Notes: generated from the letters alone by a model not told the origin. A stretch of DNA of 64,000 bases from Candidatus Micrarchaeota archaeon (GCA_016932815.1 JAFGCC010000014.1:80129-144128), one strand, 5' to 3'. Shown: positions 37,749 through 48,227, counted from the first letter of the stretch. Translations and numbers: made by a program.

Positions 37749-38441
37749 ATGGAAGGGATTTCGGTTTCCAGAATGCGGGAGCTTGATTCCAAAGCCGTTG
37801 CTGCGGGGACACCTGTTTTGGAACTAATGGAGCGCGCGGGTAGGGAGTGCGCTAAATTCATTGGAGGGGAGTTTGGGGAGGGCAAACGGATTCTGGTTTT
37901 CTGCGGGCCGGGAAACAACGGTGGGGACGGGCTTGTTTGCGCACGCTATTTGCACAAAGGAAATTCTGTGCGGATTTGTGTTGTTGGAGAACCCAAAACC
38001 CCTGCGGCAAAGGGGAATTTGCTGCGCGCAAAGAAGGCGGGGGTGGGGATTATTGCCTTTGGGGGAGATGGGGAGGGGGCTGTTGCTGCCGGGGAAGCAA
38101 AAGCGGATTGGAAAGCGGCGCTAAAAGAATTGGGGGAGGAACTAAAATCCGCGGACATGGTTGTGGATGCGCTCCTGGGAGTTGGAGCAAAGCTTCCCTT
38201 GCGCGGGAAGATGCTGGATGCGTGCAGGCTCATTAATTCTTCTGCTGGTTTTGCAAAGCCCCCGAAAATCGTTTCTATTGACGTTCCCACTGGAATGGAT
38301 GCGGATACCGGGAAAACGGATTATGATGCGGTTGCGCCGGATATTACTATCTGCATGCACGCACCTAAAATCGGGGAGCTAAAGGCGGGGGAGAGGAAAA
38401 CGGGAAGGCTCGTGGTTGCGGACATCGGGCTGGGAGGGTGA
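37749..38441 (+). CDS. nnrE: NAD(P)H-hydrate epimerase (stand-alone)
   Basis: LMERAG, CGPGNNGGDG, VDALLGVG, IDVPTG, ADIG. Confidence 0.93.
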   Translation: MEGISVSRMRELDSKAVAAGTPVLELMERAGRECAKFIGGEFGEGKRILVFCGPGNNGGDGLVCARYLHKGNSVRICVVGEPKTPAAKGNLLRAKKAGVGIIAFGGDGEGAVAAGEAKADWKAALKELGEELKSADMVVDALLGVGAKLPLRGKMLDACRLINSSAGFAKPPKIVSIDVPTGMDADTGKTDYDAVAPDITICMHAPKIGELKAGERKTGRLVVADIGLGG

Positions 38442-38532
38442 TTCCCGCGTGCCCGCTAAAGGCATCCCGGGTAAAAGGGCAATAATAGCACTTTTTATAC
38501 TTTTCACCACTATTAATTACATTAATCCATAG

Positions 38533-39861
38533 ATGAATTGCCGGGTAATGATTATGAAAGAGAGATTTCTTGCTGCACCAAGGAGAGGTATGGGGAAGGA
38601 AGGGAAACAGGTGGTGCTGGGCACCGCAAGGGAATCTTCCAGAAGGGAGTTCTCCAGGTTGGCTGGGGCAGCACTCCTTCTTGCGCCCCTCATGCTGCCA
38701 TCTGTCGCTTTTCCCTCGGGAAAGAAGGAAGAGATAAACCTCAGCAACAAGGAGATTGAGAGGCTTGGGCTGCTGGGGCAGGAATGTGCCGTGCCTACGC
38801 TAATTGGCATCCTAAATAGCCGGAAATCCGTTACCACAAAGCAGTACGCTGCGCAGGCCCTCGGGAGAATCGGAGGGGAGAAGGCGGAGAGGGCATTGCT
38901 CAAGGTCGTAAAGAACAGGCTCAATGAAGAAGATTTAAGGGACTGGGCCCTGATGGCGCTTGGGGAGATTGGAGGCGAGAAGGCGCTGGATGCCGCAATT
39001 GCGTCCATGAAGGACAGGAGCATCACAATTCGGTACACGGCAATTGATGTGGCTTCGGGAATCGGAGGGGGGAAAGCGGAGAAGGCACTGCTTCCCATGA
39101 TAAGGGACCGCAGTGACTTCGTAAGGTGCAGGGCCGTGGAAATGGTTGGAAAACTGCGCGTAGAAAAAGCCGTTCCGGGGTTGAGGAGGATCCTAAAGAA
39201 TCCCAGGGAATTCGAATACGTCAAGGAAGAGGCAATCGGGGCACTCAACCGGATTGGAGGGGAGGCGGCTAGCAAGGCATTGGAAGAAGCTTCACATAAG
39301 AACCTGGCGAAAACGAAGGAAAAAAACGCCATTGAGATTCTTGGGAGGGAAAGCGGCAACCTTTCTACGGCATCGATAGCCACTGCGCTCTCACACCGGT
39401 CGGCAAATGTGAGAATCAAGGCCGCCAAGCTTCTTGGGAAGAGGGACAGCAGGGAGTCTGCTGATGCGCTCATTGGGGCACTGGAGGATGGGCATGCCCG
39501 GGTGCGCGCATATGCCGCAGAATCCCTGGGGAAGATAGGCCGGGGCGCGGGGGCGCTCATAGACCTGCTTGATAAGGAGAAGGTCATATGGGTGAGGCAG
39601 ATGGTGCTCCTTGCGCTTGCGGATATGGAATGCAGGAATGCGCTTCCGACTATAATCGGCATAGTGGAGGAGGGGCTGAGGAACAAGAACTATGATATAG
39701 AAGAGCTGCGCATTGCGGTGTCCGTCCTTGGGACGCTGGGGGACTCTTCCAATATTCCCCTGCTTGAGAGGGTGCGTGAGCAGTATGGGCTCGGGCATGT
39801 GGGCAGCAACGCTTTCTACGCAATAGGGAAGATACAAGAGCGCTGTGGGAGAGCGGAATAA
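38533..39861 (+). CDS. HEAT (PBS-lyase-like) repeat protein with twin-arginine-like signal
   Basis: SRREF followed by a hydrophobic stretch; repeated AAxALGxIGG; exact start uncertain. Confidence 0.82.
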   Translation: MNCRVMIMKERFLAAPRRGMGKEGKQVVLGTARESSRREFSRLAGAALLLAPLMLPSVAFPSGKKEEINLSNKEIERLGLLGQECAVPTLIGILNSRKSVTTKQYAAQALGRIGGEKAERALLKVVKNRLNEEDLRDWALMALGEIGGEKALDAAIASMKDRSITIRYTAIDVASGIGGGKAEKALLPMIRDRSDFVRCRAVEMVGKLRVEKAVPGLRRILKNPREFEYVKEEAIGALNRIGGEAASKALEEASHKNLAKTKEKNAIEILGRESGNLSTASIATALSHRSANVRIKAAKLLGKRDSRESADALIGALEDGHARVRAYAAESLGKIGRGAGALIDLLDKEKVIWVRQMVLLALADMECRNALPTIIGIVEEGLRNKNYDIEELRIAVSVLGTLGDSSNIPLLERVREQYGLGHVGSNAFYAIGKIQERCGRAE

Positions 39862-39970
39862 GCGGATGCTCCGTTTAAGTGCATGCCCTTGAGAGGGTTT
39901 TGCCCTCCTAACCCCTTCCCCCCTTGCGGGGGCGCTTCCTTTATATTCTCTTTCTGCATTATCTGGGCAG

Positions 39971-40801
39971 ATGAAGCTCTACATACAGCTCCTGCTAATG
40001 TTCATAGCGAGCCAGATACTCGGAATCTATACCGGGGCTTACATACTAGAAGACGCGATGGCGAACGAATACGTGCGCTCGATGATGACTATTGAGTCGG
40101 GGCCCACGGCGATTCCCTACTTCGTGGTTTCGGTGCTGATTGGGGCGGGAATTTTCATAATACTGCACAAGCTGCACATTTCCCTGTTGTTTAGGCTTCT
40201 TGAAATCGGGGTGATTAGCACTACCACCTCGGTTTTCGCTTATGCTTTTGTGAAGCCCCTGCTTGTGGGGACGCTTGAATCCATGGCTGCTGCAATAGCT
40301 ATTGCGGTTGTTTTTGCGGTTTTGAAGCAGGTTTTCCATGGGCTAAAGAACCTTGCCGCAATCACTTCAAGTGCCGGGGCGGGGGCGGTATTCGGGTTCA
40401 CTTTCGGCTTCAGCAACGCCTTAGTCTTCCTGCTCATACTGGCGGTTTATGATTACATCTCCGTTTACAAGACCAGGCACATGATTACGATGGCAAATGA
40501 AATCGTAAAGAGGGACATGGCATTTACCATCTCGGCTGAGAAAAAAGAGGAGGGGTACAAGAAGAAATCCAGGCTGGATTTGGGGACAGGGGACATTTCC
40601 CTTCCGATAATGGCGGAGGTGGCCGCTTATGCTATTAGCCCCATGCTCTCGTTATTCGTATTTTGCGGCGCGGTTGCGGGAACTTTAGTCGTGCTTTATG
40701 CTGCCTGGAGGCACAAGTGCGTCCTTCCCGCCCTCCCCCCGATTGCCGCTGGGATATTCCTGTTTTCGCTTATAGCGATTGCCCTGGGTTTTGTGGATTA
40801 G
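39971..40801 (+). CDS. Presenilin/SPP-family intramembrane aspartyl protease
   Basis: YD, LGTGD and PALP motifs in a polytopic membrane protein. Confidence 0.92.
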   Translation: MKLYIQLLLMFIASQILGIYTGAYILEDAMANEYVRSMMTIESGPTAIPYFVVSVLIGAGIFIILHKLHISLLFRLLEIGVISTTTSVFAYAFVKPLLVGTLESMAAAIAIAVVFAVLKQVFHGLKNLAAITSSAGAGAVFGFTFGFSNALVFLLILAVYDYISVYKTRHMITMANEIVKRDMAFTISAEKKEEGYKKKSRLDLGTGDISLPIMAEVAAYAISPMLSLFVFCGAVAGTLVVLYAAWRHKCVLPALPPIAAGIFLFSLIAIALGFVD

Positions 40802-40826
40802 TAAAGGGGCTCCGAAGGAGCGGGGG

Positions 40827-41312
40827 CTAAGGGCTGCGGATTATTTCCGTTAGCTTGGAGATGAATTCTTCGCGGGGCAGATAATAGCCTTTGAGCGGCT
40901 CTGTGGAAAACGCTGCCTCCCCCTGCCCGGAGTGGCGGCGGACGTGTGCCCTCCTCATGGCTGCGGCCTCGGAGGCTTTCGTGGTTGCCTCCCAGTTGCC
41001 ATCAAGCGCCTTGAACGTGTGCATCCGGGAAAAGGGGTCTTCGCAGAAAACGGCTATGAAAATGAGCGCATCTGTCTTGCCCTCCCTTTTTAGCTGCAAG
41101 ATTGCGCTTTTCTTTTCGCGGCTGTTGCCATTTAGGAGCGTGCTGGCCAGGGTTCTTGGGGCGGCGTGCCTGTACAAGAGGGGCTTTGCATTCTTGAAAT
41201 TGTTCCTGCGCTTTGCGGATAGTTGGTTGTGGGGAATTTGCTGCCCCCTCGGGCCATTGTGCCCTTGGGAAGTGCAGGAAACTTTTCTGCGAACCGGCAT
41301 CATCATGGACAT
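40827..41312 (-). CDS. Hypothetical protein
   Basis: ORF filling the gap downstream of trm5; TATA-like TTTATAA upstream; no known motif. Confidence 0.55.
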   Translation of the reverse strand: MSMMMPVRRKVSCTSQGHNGPRGQQIPHNQLSAKRRNNFKNAKPLLYRHAAPRTLASTLLNGNSREKKSAILQLKREGKTDALIFIAVFCEDPFSRMHTFKALDGNWEATTKASEAAAMRRAHVRRHSGQGEAAFSTEPLKGYYLPREEFISKLTEIIRSP

Positions 41313-41339
41313 ATTGTGTTCAAAAGAGCTTATAAACGG

Positions 41340-42467
41340 TTATCGTTTTTTGGAAACCCGGAAATCGATTGCGAACTGCGCGGTGGAAGCTGAGTAGGGG
41401 CGCACTTCCTTTTCAAAGAGGAATTCCACTTCCCTGTTTAGCCTGCGGGCGATTTTGGTTATTTCCCTTTTTGCCTCCCTGGTTCCGGCTTCCCGCTCAA
41501 GCATTGTATAGAAGTGGATTGTGCATCCGTCTTTTGCGGCAACCATTGCCGGCTCCAGGAACTCTCCTGCGCCCATTGGGAGGGGCATCGCAATCCTGTC
41601 TGCCCAGGAGGCGAAGCGGAGGGAGCACTCCTTTTTGGCATCCCCTAGAATCGCTTCCGTGTTTGTGAGCTTGTTGAGCTTTATGTTCTCCTTGAAATAG
41701 CGGATTGCATCCGGGTTTAATTCCACTCCGGCAACCTTGCATTTGGGGTGGGCTTTTGCAACCTCCAATGCGAAGGGGCCTATCCCCGCAAAGAGGATTA
41801 GGACGTTTTCTTTGTCTTTTGCGGCTTCGGCTATCCTTTTGCGCTCCGTGCTGAGCCTCGGGGAGAAATACACTTTTGAGAGGTCAAGCTTCATCCTTAC
41901 CCCGTTTTCGGTGTATTCTGTTTCGGTGCGGTTCTCGCCTGCTATGTGGGCAAGGGGGGTTACGCGGAACACTCCTTCTCTTCCCCCGGTTTTCCGAAAT
42001 ACCGCCTTTACCCTTTTTTCCCCTTCTAGGAGGAGCTCGCCTATTTCCTTTTGGAGGGGCTCCATTTCCTTGGGGACCTGGATTATCGCTATGTCGCCTA
42101 TTACTTCGTAGGAGGAGAGGATTCCCTTTGCTTTTTCCTCGCCGAACCTTTTTGAAAAAAGGATTCTAAAGCTCCCCTGCTGCTCTTTTGCTTCCAGCTT
42201 TGCTTCCACTACCTTTGCGCCTTTTGGGAGGCTTGCCCCTTCCGCTTTGGGCGGGGTGAGAGGCTCCCCGTTTCCGCGCGCCCATGGGGAGGGCTTGGAA
42301 TCTTCGTTGATTTTTTTTGCGGATTCTCCTGTTATCGGGAGCAGGAGGAAATCGCCTTCTTTGCCTATTGTGCGGGATTCGTCTAGGGCGCCCATTGATT
42401 TTAGGGCTTCCTTTGCTTTCTGCCCGTCCTTCTTTTTTACGCGAAGGGCGTATCCGTCTTCCTCCAT
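41340..42467 (-). CDS. trm5: tRNA methyltransferase, Trm5/Taw2 (Met-10) family
   Basis: YEVIGDIAII, VYFSPRLSTER, LFAGIGPF, ELNPDA, DRIAMPLP. Confidence 0.88.
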   Translation of the reverse strand: MEEDGYALRVKKKDGQKAKEALKSMGALDESRTIGKEGDFLLLPITGESAKKINEDSKPSPWARGNGEPLTPPKAEGASLPKGAKVVEAKLEAKEQQGSFRILFSKRFGEEKAKGILSSYEVIGDIAIIQVPKEMEPLQKEIGELLLEGEKRVKAVFRKTGGREGVFRVTPLAHIAGENRTETEYTENGVRMKLDLSKVYFSPRLSTERKRIAEAAKDKENVLILFAGIGPFALEVAKAHPKCKVAGVELNPDAIRYFKENIKLNKLTNTEAILGDAKKECSLRFASWADRIAMPLPMGAGEFLEPAMVAAKDGCTIHFYTMLEREAGTREAKREITKIARRLNREVEFLFEKEVRPYSASTAQFAIDFRVSKKR

Positions 42468-42523
42468 TGGAGGGGAATTGCCGCATTCATGTATTTAAGT
42501 TTCACTATGCAAGGTTTCCCCAG

Positions 42524-43489
42524 ATGGAGGAGAAGGAATATTTATCGTGGCTGTCTTCCTATACGGAGGCAGAAGAATGCGTTAGGACGCAGGGGGGATT
42601 GCCGTATTATTTGCGGGTGAATCTGCTAAAGGCGGGGGTGGGGGAGTATCTTTCATGGACTAAATTGGGGCTGGAGGAGACTTTTCTTCCTTATGCTTTT
42701 AGGGTTGGGGAGGTTCCCGAAGGCGGGCTTGGGAACACCATTGATTATGCTAGCGGGTGGATGCATACGCAGAGTTTATCCTCCATGCTTCCTCCTGCGG
42801 TGCTCTCGCCCGTATCCGGGGAAACGATTCTGGATATTTGCGCGGCTCCCGGGTCCAAGACCACGCAGTGCGCTGCACTAATGGGGAATTCCGGGGTGAT
42901 TGTTGCAAACGATTCGAATAGGGGGAGGATTAGCGCGCTTTCTTCAAACCTTGAGAGGCTTGGGGTGATAAATGCCTGCACCATGAACCAGGATGGGGTG
43001 AGGTTCACTTCCAAGCACCGCTTTGATAGGATATTGGTGGATGCGCCGTGCTCCGGGCTTGGGAGCAACGAGAATGCGCATAAGTGGTGGGATGAGAAGT
43101 ATTCGCGGAATATAAGTGCGCTGCAGACTGGGATATTGAAGAATGCCTTTGCGCATTTGAAAGAGGGCGGGGTTTTGGTTTATTCAACCTGCACTTATGC
43201 TAAGGAGGAAAACGAGGTTCCGGTTTCGAGATTGCTAGAAACGCATGAGGACTCTAGGCTTGAGCAGGTGCGTGTTGTTTTGGGGGAGGGTGAGGGAGGG
43301 GCTGGCGCAGAAGGAAAGGGGGTGACTGCCACAAGGAGTGGTGGGGGGGAGGTTAAGGCAGGTGTGCCCATTCCCAATTCGCAGCCTGGGCTCTCAGAAT
43401 TCGGCAACGAATTTAGGAAGGTTGCGCGGGTTTATCCGCACGAATTCGGGAGCGAGGGATTCTTCGTTGCCAAGATACGGCGCACATAG
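42524..43489 (+). CDS. RsmB/Nop2 family RNA m5C methyltransferase
   Basis: DICAAPGSKT, DAPCSG, VYSTCT, ENE, GFFVA. Confidence 0.95.
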   Translation: MEEKEYLSWLSSYTEAEECVRTQGGLPYYLRVNLLKAGVGEYLSWTKLGLEETFLPYAFRVGEVPEGGLGNTIDYASGWMHTQSLSSMLPPAVLSPVSGETILDICAAPGSKTTQCAALMGNSGVIVANDSNRGRISALSSNLERLGVINACTMNQDGVRFTSKHRFDRILVDAPCSGLGSNENAHKWWDEKYSRNISALQTGILKNAFAHLKEGGVLVYSTCTYAKEENEVPVSRLLETHEDSRLEQVRVVLGEGEGGAGAEGKGVTATRSGGGEVKAGVPIPNSQPGLSEFGNEFRKVARVYPHEFGSEGFFVAKIRRT

Positions 43490-43570
43490 ACGATTGGCGG
43501 GCAGGTGTCCGTTTTGAGGCCTCGTGCAAAGGGGAGGATATATATATATCTATCATTGTATATTCATCAT

Positions 43571-44860
43571 ATGGCAAAAGATTTCAAGAATGCTCCGACC
43601 GGGGAATTGATAGCAGTGCTGGAAAATGAGGCTGCGCAGTCCTCAACCCGGCTTGAGGCCATAAAAGAACTTGGAAGGCGGAAGGAACCGGAGGCGGCTA
43701 CTGCTTTGAGCAATGCTGCCCTGCATGATAAGAGTGCGGATGTGAGGCGCTTTGCGGCTATGGCCCTTGGGGAGGCCAACGGTGAGAAAGCGTTTCCCAT
43801 ACTGATTAAGTTGCTTCAGGACGAGTCTCCGGGCGTGAGGGAAGCATCTGCACTTGCGCTTGGGAGGATTGGGGGGACTAGGCCCAAGCTTCCTGGAGAA
43901 AAGAAAGCGAGGGATGCGCTGCTTAATATTCTGAAGGATAAATATATGGAGGATGCGCAGGTAAGGGCGGCTGCCGCTTCCAGCCTGGGCTGGATCAACA
44001 TGGGCCAGCCCAAATCAGGCGTAACTAATGGAAGGAAGGCGGATGCGGAGGTTATTTCCTCCTTGATTAATGTATTGGGGGATGATGAGGGAAAGATGCT
44101 TTCCGGCTTTGCTGAGGCATTTGGGGAAAATGCGAGAACACTAGCAATCTTAAGGACCGAAATTCTCAGGGTGAAGGCGGCTGAGGCTCTGGGAACAATC
44201 GGGAACCGGTCCGCAGTTCCCAGCTTGATTAAGGCTCTGGGGGATGAAAATCCCAACCTCGTGTTTTCGGCCACGGGCGCTCTTGGGAAAATTGGGGGAA
44301 CGAAATCGAGGGATGCGCTGCTTAATGTAATGGAGGATGAAAAAAGAGATGTGAAGCTTAGGGCATATGCCGCTTTTAAATTGGGCCAGATTAGCGGGGC
44401 GAAAACGGATGCGAAAATTGTTTCCGCCCTGATTAAGGCATTGGAGAGTGGGCATGAGAAGATTAGGGAAAGTGCGGCCAACTCCCTTGGGATAATTGGG
44501 GACGCATCTTCCATACCTGCTTTGGTTAAGACGGTCCTAAACGACAATGCTAAAGTTAGGCGCTCTGCAGCTGGCGCTCTTAGGAGTATGGGGGCAAAGG
44601 CCGTTCCCGCGCTGCTGGAAGTAATAAGCGAGGGGGAGAACCCCTTCCGGAGGGGCAAGACTTCGGATGAAGAAGCGGTTCTTGCCGTGAAAATGCTTAT
44701 GGAAGTCGGGGACTCTTCTGCATTGCCCCAACTTGAGCAGGCTATGCGGCACGGGAACGAGGCGGTGAAGAATGCGGCTTACGATGCAATCAGGGCGATA
44801 GAGGCGCGTGCGGAGCCTGAAACTACTGCCAGCAAGCCCCAGAAGCTAAAGCGCAGGTAA
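43571..44860 (+). CDS. HEAT (PBS-lyase-like) repeat protein
   Basis: Repeated VRxxAAxALG; own (TA)n TATA-like element near 43538-43549. Confidence 0.88.
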   Translation: MAKDFKNAPTGELIAVLENEAAQSSTRLEAIKELGRRKEPEAATALSNAALHDKSADVRRFAAMALGEANGEKAFPILIKLLQDESPGVREASALALGRIGGTRPKLPGEKKARDALLNILKDKYMEDAQVRAAAASSLGWINMGQPKSGVTNGRKADAEVISSLINVLGDDEGKMLSGFAEAFGENARTLAILRTEILRVKAAEALGTIGNRSAVPSLIKALGDENPNLVFSATGALGKIGGTKSRDALLNVMEDEKRDVKLRAYAAFKLGQISGAKTDAKIVSALIKALESGHEKIRESAANSLGIIGDASSIPALVKTVLNDNAKVRRSAAGALRSMGAKAVPALLEVISEGENPFRRGKTSDEEAVLAVKMLMEVGDSSALPQLEQAMRHGNEAVKNAAYDAIRAIEARAEPETTASKPQKLKRR

Positions 44861-44866
44861 GAGGAT

Positions 44867-45283
44867 ATGCAGGCTGAAAAATTCTCCTCTTATCTGCTTG
44901 AGCGCTTTGGGATAGTGCTTCCTGCGGATGTGGAACTTGTGGGGGAGAATTCACTTCGGGTTATGAACAAAGGATTGAAGGGGTTCGCTACTTCCACCCC
45001 AAAGGGGATTCCGGCTTCCAGGATGAAGGGGAAGTTCCCGAAACCCACTACTGCGTTCGTACAGGTGTTTGGGAAGCTTGCGAATAAGAATGTGATTTCG
45101 GTTGGGGAGGAGGATGCGATGAGATATCTTGCGGGGGAAGAATTCGAAACCGGTGCGGGGGATGTGGAAACAGGATACGTAATAGTGCAGCATGAGGGCG
45201 CGGTCCTTGGAATCGGGTTCTACAAAGAAGGCAGGGTGGAGAACATGCTGCCTAAAGGAAGGAGAATAAGGAAAAAGAATTGA
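44867..45283 (+). CDS. NIP7/RsmF C-terminal PUA-like protein
   Basis: KPTTAFVQVFG, NVISV, YLAGE, GYVIV, LGIG, NMLPK pattern; normally adjacent to the Nop2 methylase. Confidence 0.7.
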   Translation: MQAEKFSSYLLERFGIVLPADVELVGENSLRVMNKGLKGFATSTPKGIPASRMKGKFPKPTTAFVQVFGKLANKNVISVGEEDAMRYLAGEEFETGAGDVETGYVIVQHEGAVLGIGFYKEGRVENMLPKGRRIRKKN

Positions 45284-45334
45284 GGGGAGGGAACTGCCCT
45301 CCACCGCGCACTTTTTATCCGTTTATCCGGCTGC

Positions 45335-48109
45335 TCACTCTAAAACGAGGGCGGGCTTTCCGGGTGCGGCTGCGCCTGATTTATCATGGCCGCCTTCGGT
45401 TTCCCTGCGCACAATCAATTCTGCAGCAAGCTCTTTTGAAAGGAAGGAAGAAGCATCGGAGAGCACGGAGAATTCTTCATCTTCAGAGAGGATTGGGCCG
45501 AGCGAATGCACCTTCTTCATGAGGGACTTTGCGAATGCGCTTGCTTTTCCCATGTCCGCATTGTTTTCTTTTGCCCACTCTATTCCCGCGCGCATATCCT
45601 TTTTCTCGCGCATTGCGGAATACACTCCGCGCTTTTGGGAATCGGCAACGTAAACGTAGATTTTGGAGGGCTTCTTGCCGAAGCGCTCCTCAATCATCTG
45701 CGCATCGTGCGCCACCCCGGAAACGATTTCCTCTCCAAGCTCCGCGGATTCGTCTATTGAAGATTCATCCGCCTGCGGGAAGGCCTGCTCAACTGCGAAA
45801 CCCTCTCCTCCGAGCGAATGCCAGATTTCCTCAGCTAGGTGCGGCATGAAGGGCGAGAATGCAATCGCCCATTTTTGCAGGAAGGATTTTAGGGCCGGCT
45901 TTTGCGCCCTCTTCATGTACCACTGCAATTCCGAATACATTTCGTAGAAGAACATCTGCCCCAGTTCGCGCATGCCCATAGAATCGTAGAGTGCGGGGGC
46001 GGCTTTGAGCTTGCGGTTTAGGCGCGAATGCAGCCAGCAGTCTGCGGGGGAATCGCCGTCCTCTTTTGCATAGTCTAGGAGGGAGAGGAAATAGCCTATG
46101 CGCTCTTTTACCCCTACTGCCACGCTTGCCTCAAAATCGGTATCGGCTGAGAGTTCTGCCCCCCCGACAACGGAGAAGCGGATTACGTCCGCGCCGTATT
46201 CGCGGATTGCCTTCCTAAGTGGAAGGATGTTTCCAAACGACTTGCTCATTTTCTTGCCCTCCATTAGCACGAAGCCGTTTACCACTATGCTTTTTGGCCA
46301 GTTTTCTTTTGGGAAAATCGCGGAATGGTTGAACACGAAAAAGGGCAGGTGGTTGCGCACCAAATCCGCTCCTGAGTGGCGCGCATCAAGGGGGTACCAG
46401 TAGAGGAACTTTTCGCGGAGTTCCTGCGCTTTTTGGCGCAGGGGGGAGCCTTCTTTCATGGATTCGGAGTTGGGGGCAACCTTTCCAAGGAATAAATAAT
46501 CGAAGAATTCCTCGCTTAAATCTGTTGGCTCCATTTTGGATAGCTCGTGCGAAACCGTGTAGAATGCCATGTAGATTGTGGAATCGGATAGCGGCTCAAC
46601 GATTTTGGTTTCATCGAAGGGGAAGGGGGTGCCCAGGCCGGAGCCGCGGGTGCAGGCTTTTTCCTTTAGCCAGTCGATTGTGGCAAGGTAGTCCTTGCGC
46701 GTGTTCTCCGGGATTAGTTCCATGCGGGAGAGGCAGTCTTTCGCCTTTGCCTTCCAGGAGGAATCCCCGTAGTTTATGAACCATTGGTCATCCACTTTCT
46801 TGACTACGACTTTTTCTCCGCAGCGGCAGAAAACCGGGCCTTTTGCTATTACGTGGACCTTGAATGCCCGCCCAATTGAGACGAGCTTGGAGGTTATTTT
46901 CTCCTTTGCATCCAGGGTGGGAATGCCGGAGAACTCGCCTATGCTCATCCTGCCTCCGTGCGCCTCTTTTTTGTAGAGCTCCTTGGTTGCAAGTTCCACT
47001 TTGGAGTCCTGCTGGCTTTCCACGCTGTGCTTCTCGATTACGTCCTGGGCGGGGAACTTTCCCTTGGGGGCGCCTTCGAAATCCAATACTGTTACGGGAT
47101 TAACTTCATCAAGCTTGCCCAAATCGCGCAATGCAACGTAATCGTAGGGCGCATGAGCCGGGACGCTCATTACTATTCCCGTTCCCTCTCCGGGCTTTAC
47201 AAACGGGGCGCGGAGGATTGGGATTTTCTTTCCGGAATTGCCGCATCCTTCTTCAATGGGCGGGACCTGCACCTCCTTGCCGATTAGCTTGCTTGCGGGG
47301 ACTTCGCCTAGGAGTTCGCCTTCAAACTGGTGCGATAGCGAATCCCAAGCCCCCTTGCCAAAGTAGAGAACATCGTTGCCCACCCTCACTTTTACCAGGG
47401 TGGAATCCGGGTTCAGCCAGATGTTGGTTACCCCGTAGATTGTTTCGGGGCGGTAGGTGCTGGTAACGAGATACTCACTATCGGAAAGAAGGAACTTTAT
47501 TGCGGCAACTTCCTCTATTTCGGGGTCCACGTCTCCTTTTGTGTCGTGGGAGCTTACCACGTTGTTGTCCGAAGGGCAGTAAGAGAGGAAGTGGCTTCCC
47601 TGGATTATCAGCCCCTGCTCTTTTAGCTTGCGCATCTGCCATTGTATGAACTTGTTGAAATGCGCATCAAAAGTGTAGAACTTGCGCCTCCAGTCTATGG
47701 AGTAGCCCATCTCTTTCATCCCTTCTTCTATTTCGCGGGAGAAATAGAGGACGAGCTCGCGGGGGTCGCCTAGCTCTTCAAACTTGGATTCTGGGATTGC
47801 GTAGATGTTCTTGAATATTGAGAGGAGCTCGGCGTCTTTTTCGCGCACCTTCTTGGCCATTGCGATTATGGGCGTGCCCGTAACGTGGAAGGCCATTGGG
47901 AGGAGAACGTTGTTTCCGCACAGGCGCGCATAGCGGGCGTGGATATCCAAAATGGTATAGGTTCGGCCGTGGCCTATGTGCTGCGGCGAATTGGGGTATG
48001 GGAAGGCGGCTGTGTAGAAGCGCTTCTTGCCCCCGGAATCGGCTGGTTCGTATATGCCTTTGGCGGCCCACTCTTTCTGCCATTTTTCCTCAAAATTCCT
48101 CAAATCCAT
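45335..48109 (-). CDS. leuS: Leucine--tRNA ligase (archaeal type)
   Basis: FPYPN...HIGH, GTGIVMSVPAHAPYD editing domain, LSDSTIYMAFY, KMSKS. Confidence 0.97.
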   Translation of the reverse strand: MDLRNFEEKWQKEWAAKGIYEPADSGGKKRFYTAAFPYPNSPQHIGHGRTYTILDIHARYARLCGNNVLLPMAFHVTGTPIIAMAKKVREKDAELLSIFKNIYAIPESKFEELGDPRELVLYFSREIEEGMKEMGYSIDWRRKFYTFDAHFNKFIQWQMRKLKEQGLIIQGSHFLSYCPSDNNVVSSHDTKGDVDPEIEEVAAIKFLLSDSEYLVTSTYRPETIYGVTNIWLNPDSTLVKVRVGNDVLYFGKGAWDSLSHQFEGELLGEVPASKLIGKEVQVPPIEEGCGNSGKKIPILRAPFVKPGEGTGIVMSVPAHAPYDYVALRDLGKLDEVNPVTVLDFEGAPKGKFPAQDVIEKHSVESQQDSKVELATKELYKKEAHGGRMSIGEFSGIPTLDAKEKITSKLVSIGRAFKVHVIAKGPVFCRCGEKVVVKKVDDQWFINYGDSSWKAKAKDCLSRMELIPENTRKDYLATIDWLKEKACTRGSGLGTPFPFDETKIVEPLSDSTIYMAFYTVSHELSKMEPTDLSEEFFDYLFLGKVAPNSESMKEGSPLRQKAQELREKFLYWYPLDARHSGADLVRNHLPFFVFNHSAIFPKENWPKSIVVNGFVLMEGKKMSKSFGNILPLRKAIREYGADVIRFSVVGGAELSADTDFEASVAVGVKERIGYFLSLLDYAKEDGDSPADCWLHSRLNRKLKAAPALYDSMGMRELGQMFFYEMYSELQWYMKRAQKPALKSFLQKWAIAFSPFMPHLAEEIWHSLGGEGFAVEQAFPQADESSIDESAELGEEIVSGVAHDAQMIEERFGKKPSKIYVYVADSQKRGVYSAMREKKDMRAGIEWAKENNADMGKASAFAKSLMKKVHSLGPILSEDEEFSVLSDASSFLSKELAAELIVRRETEGGHDKSGAAAPGKPALVLE

Positions 48110-48227
48110 GAAAATTACCTTATTGGGCGCTGCCCGGGCTTGGCGGGAGCGCTTTTTTGATGCTTTTTTCAGAATAGGATTGTTGATAGAATACCTTTAT
48201 ATTTGTTATAGCGCACAAAGTGGGTAT

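Noticed and set aside
38517-44658. Minus-strand ORFs 38517..39686 and 43816..44658
   Set aside because: Antisense shadows of the HEAT-repeat genes
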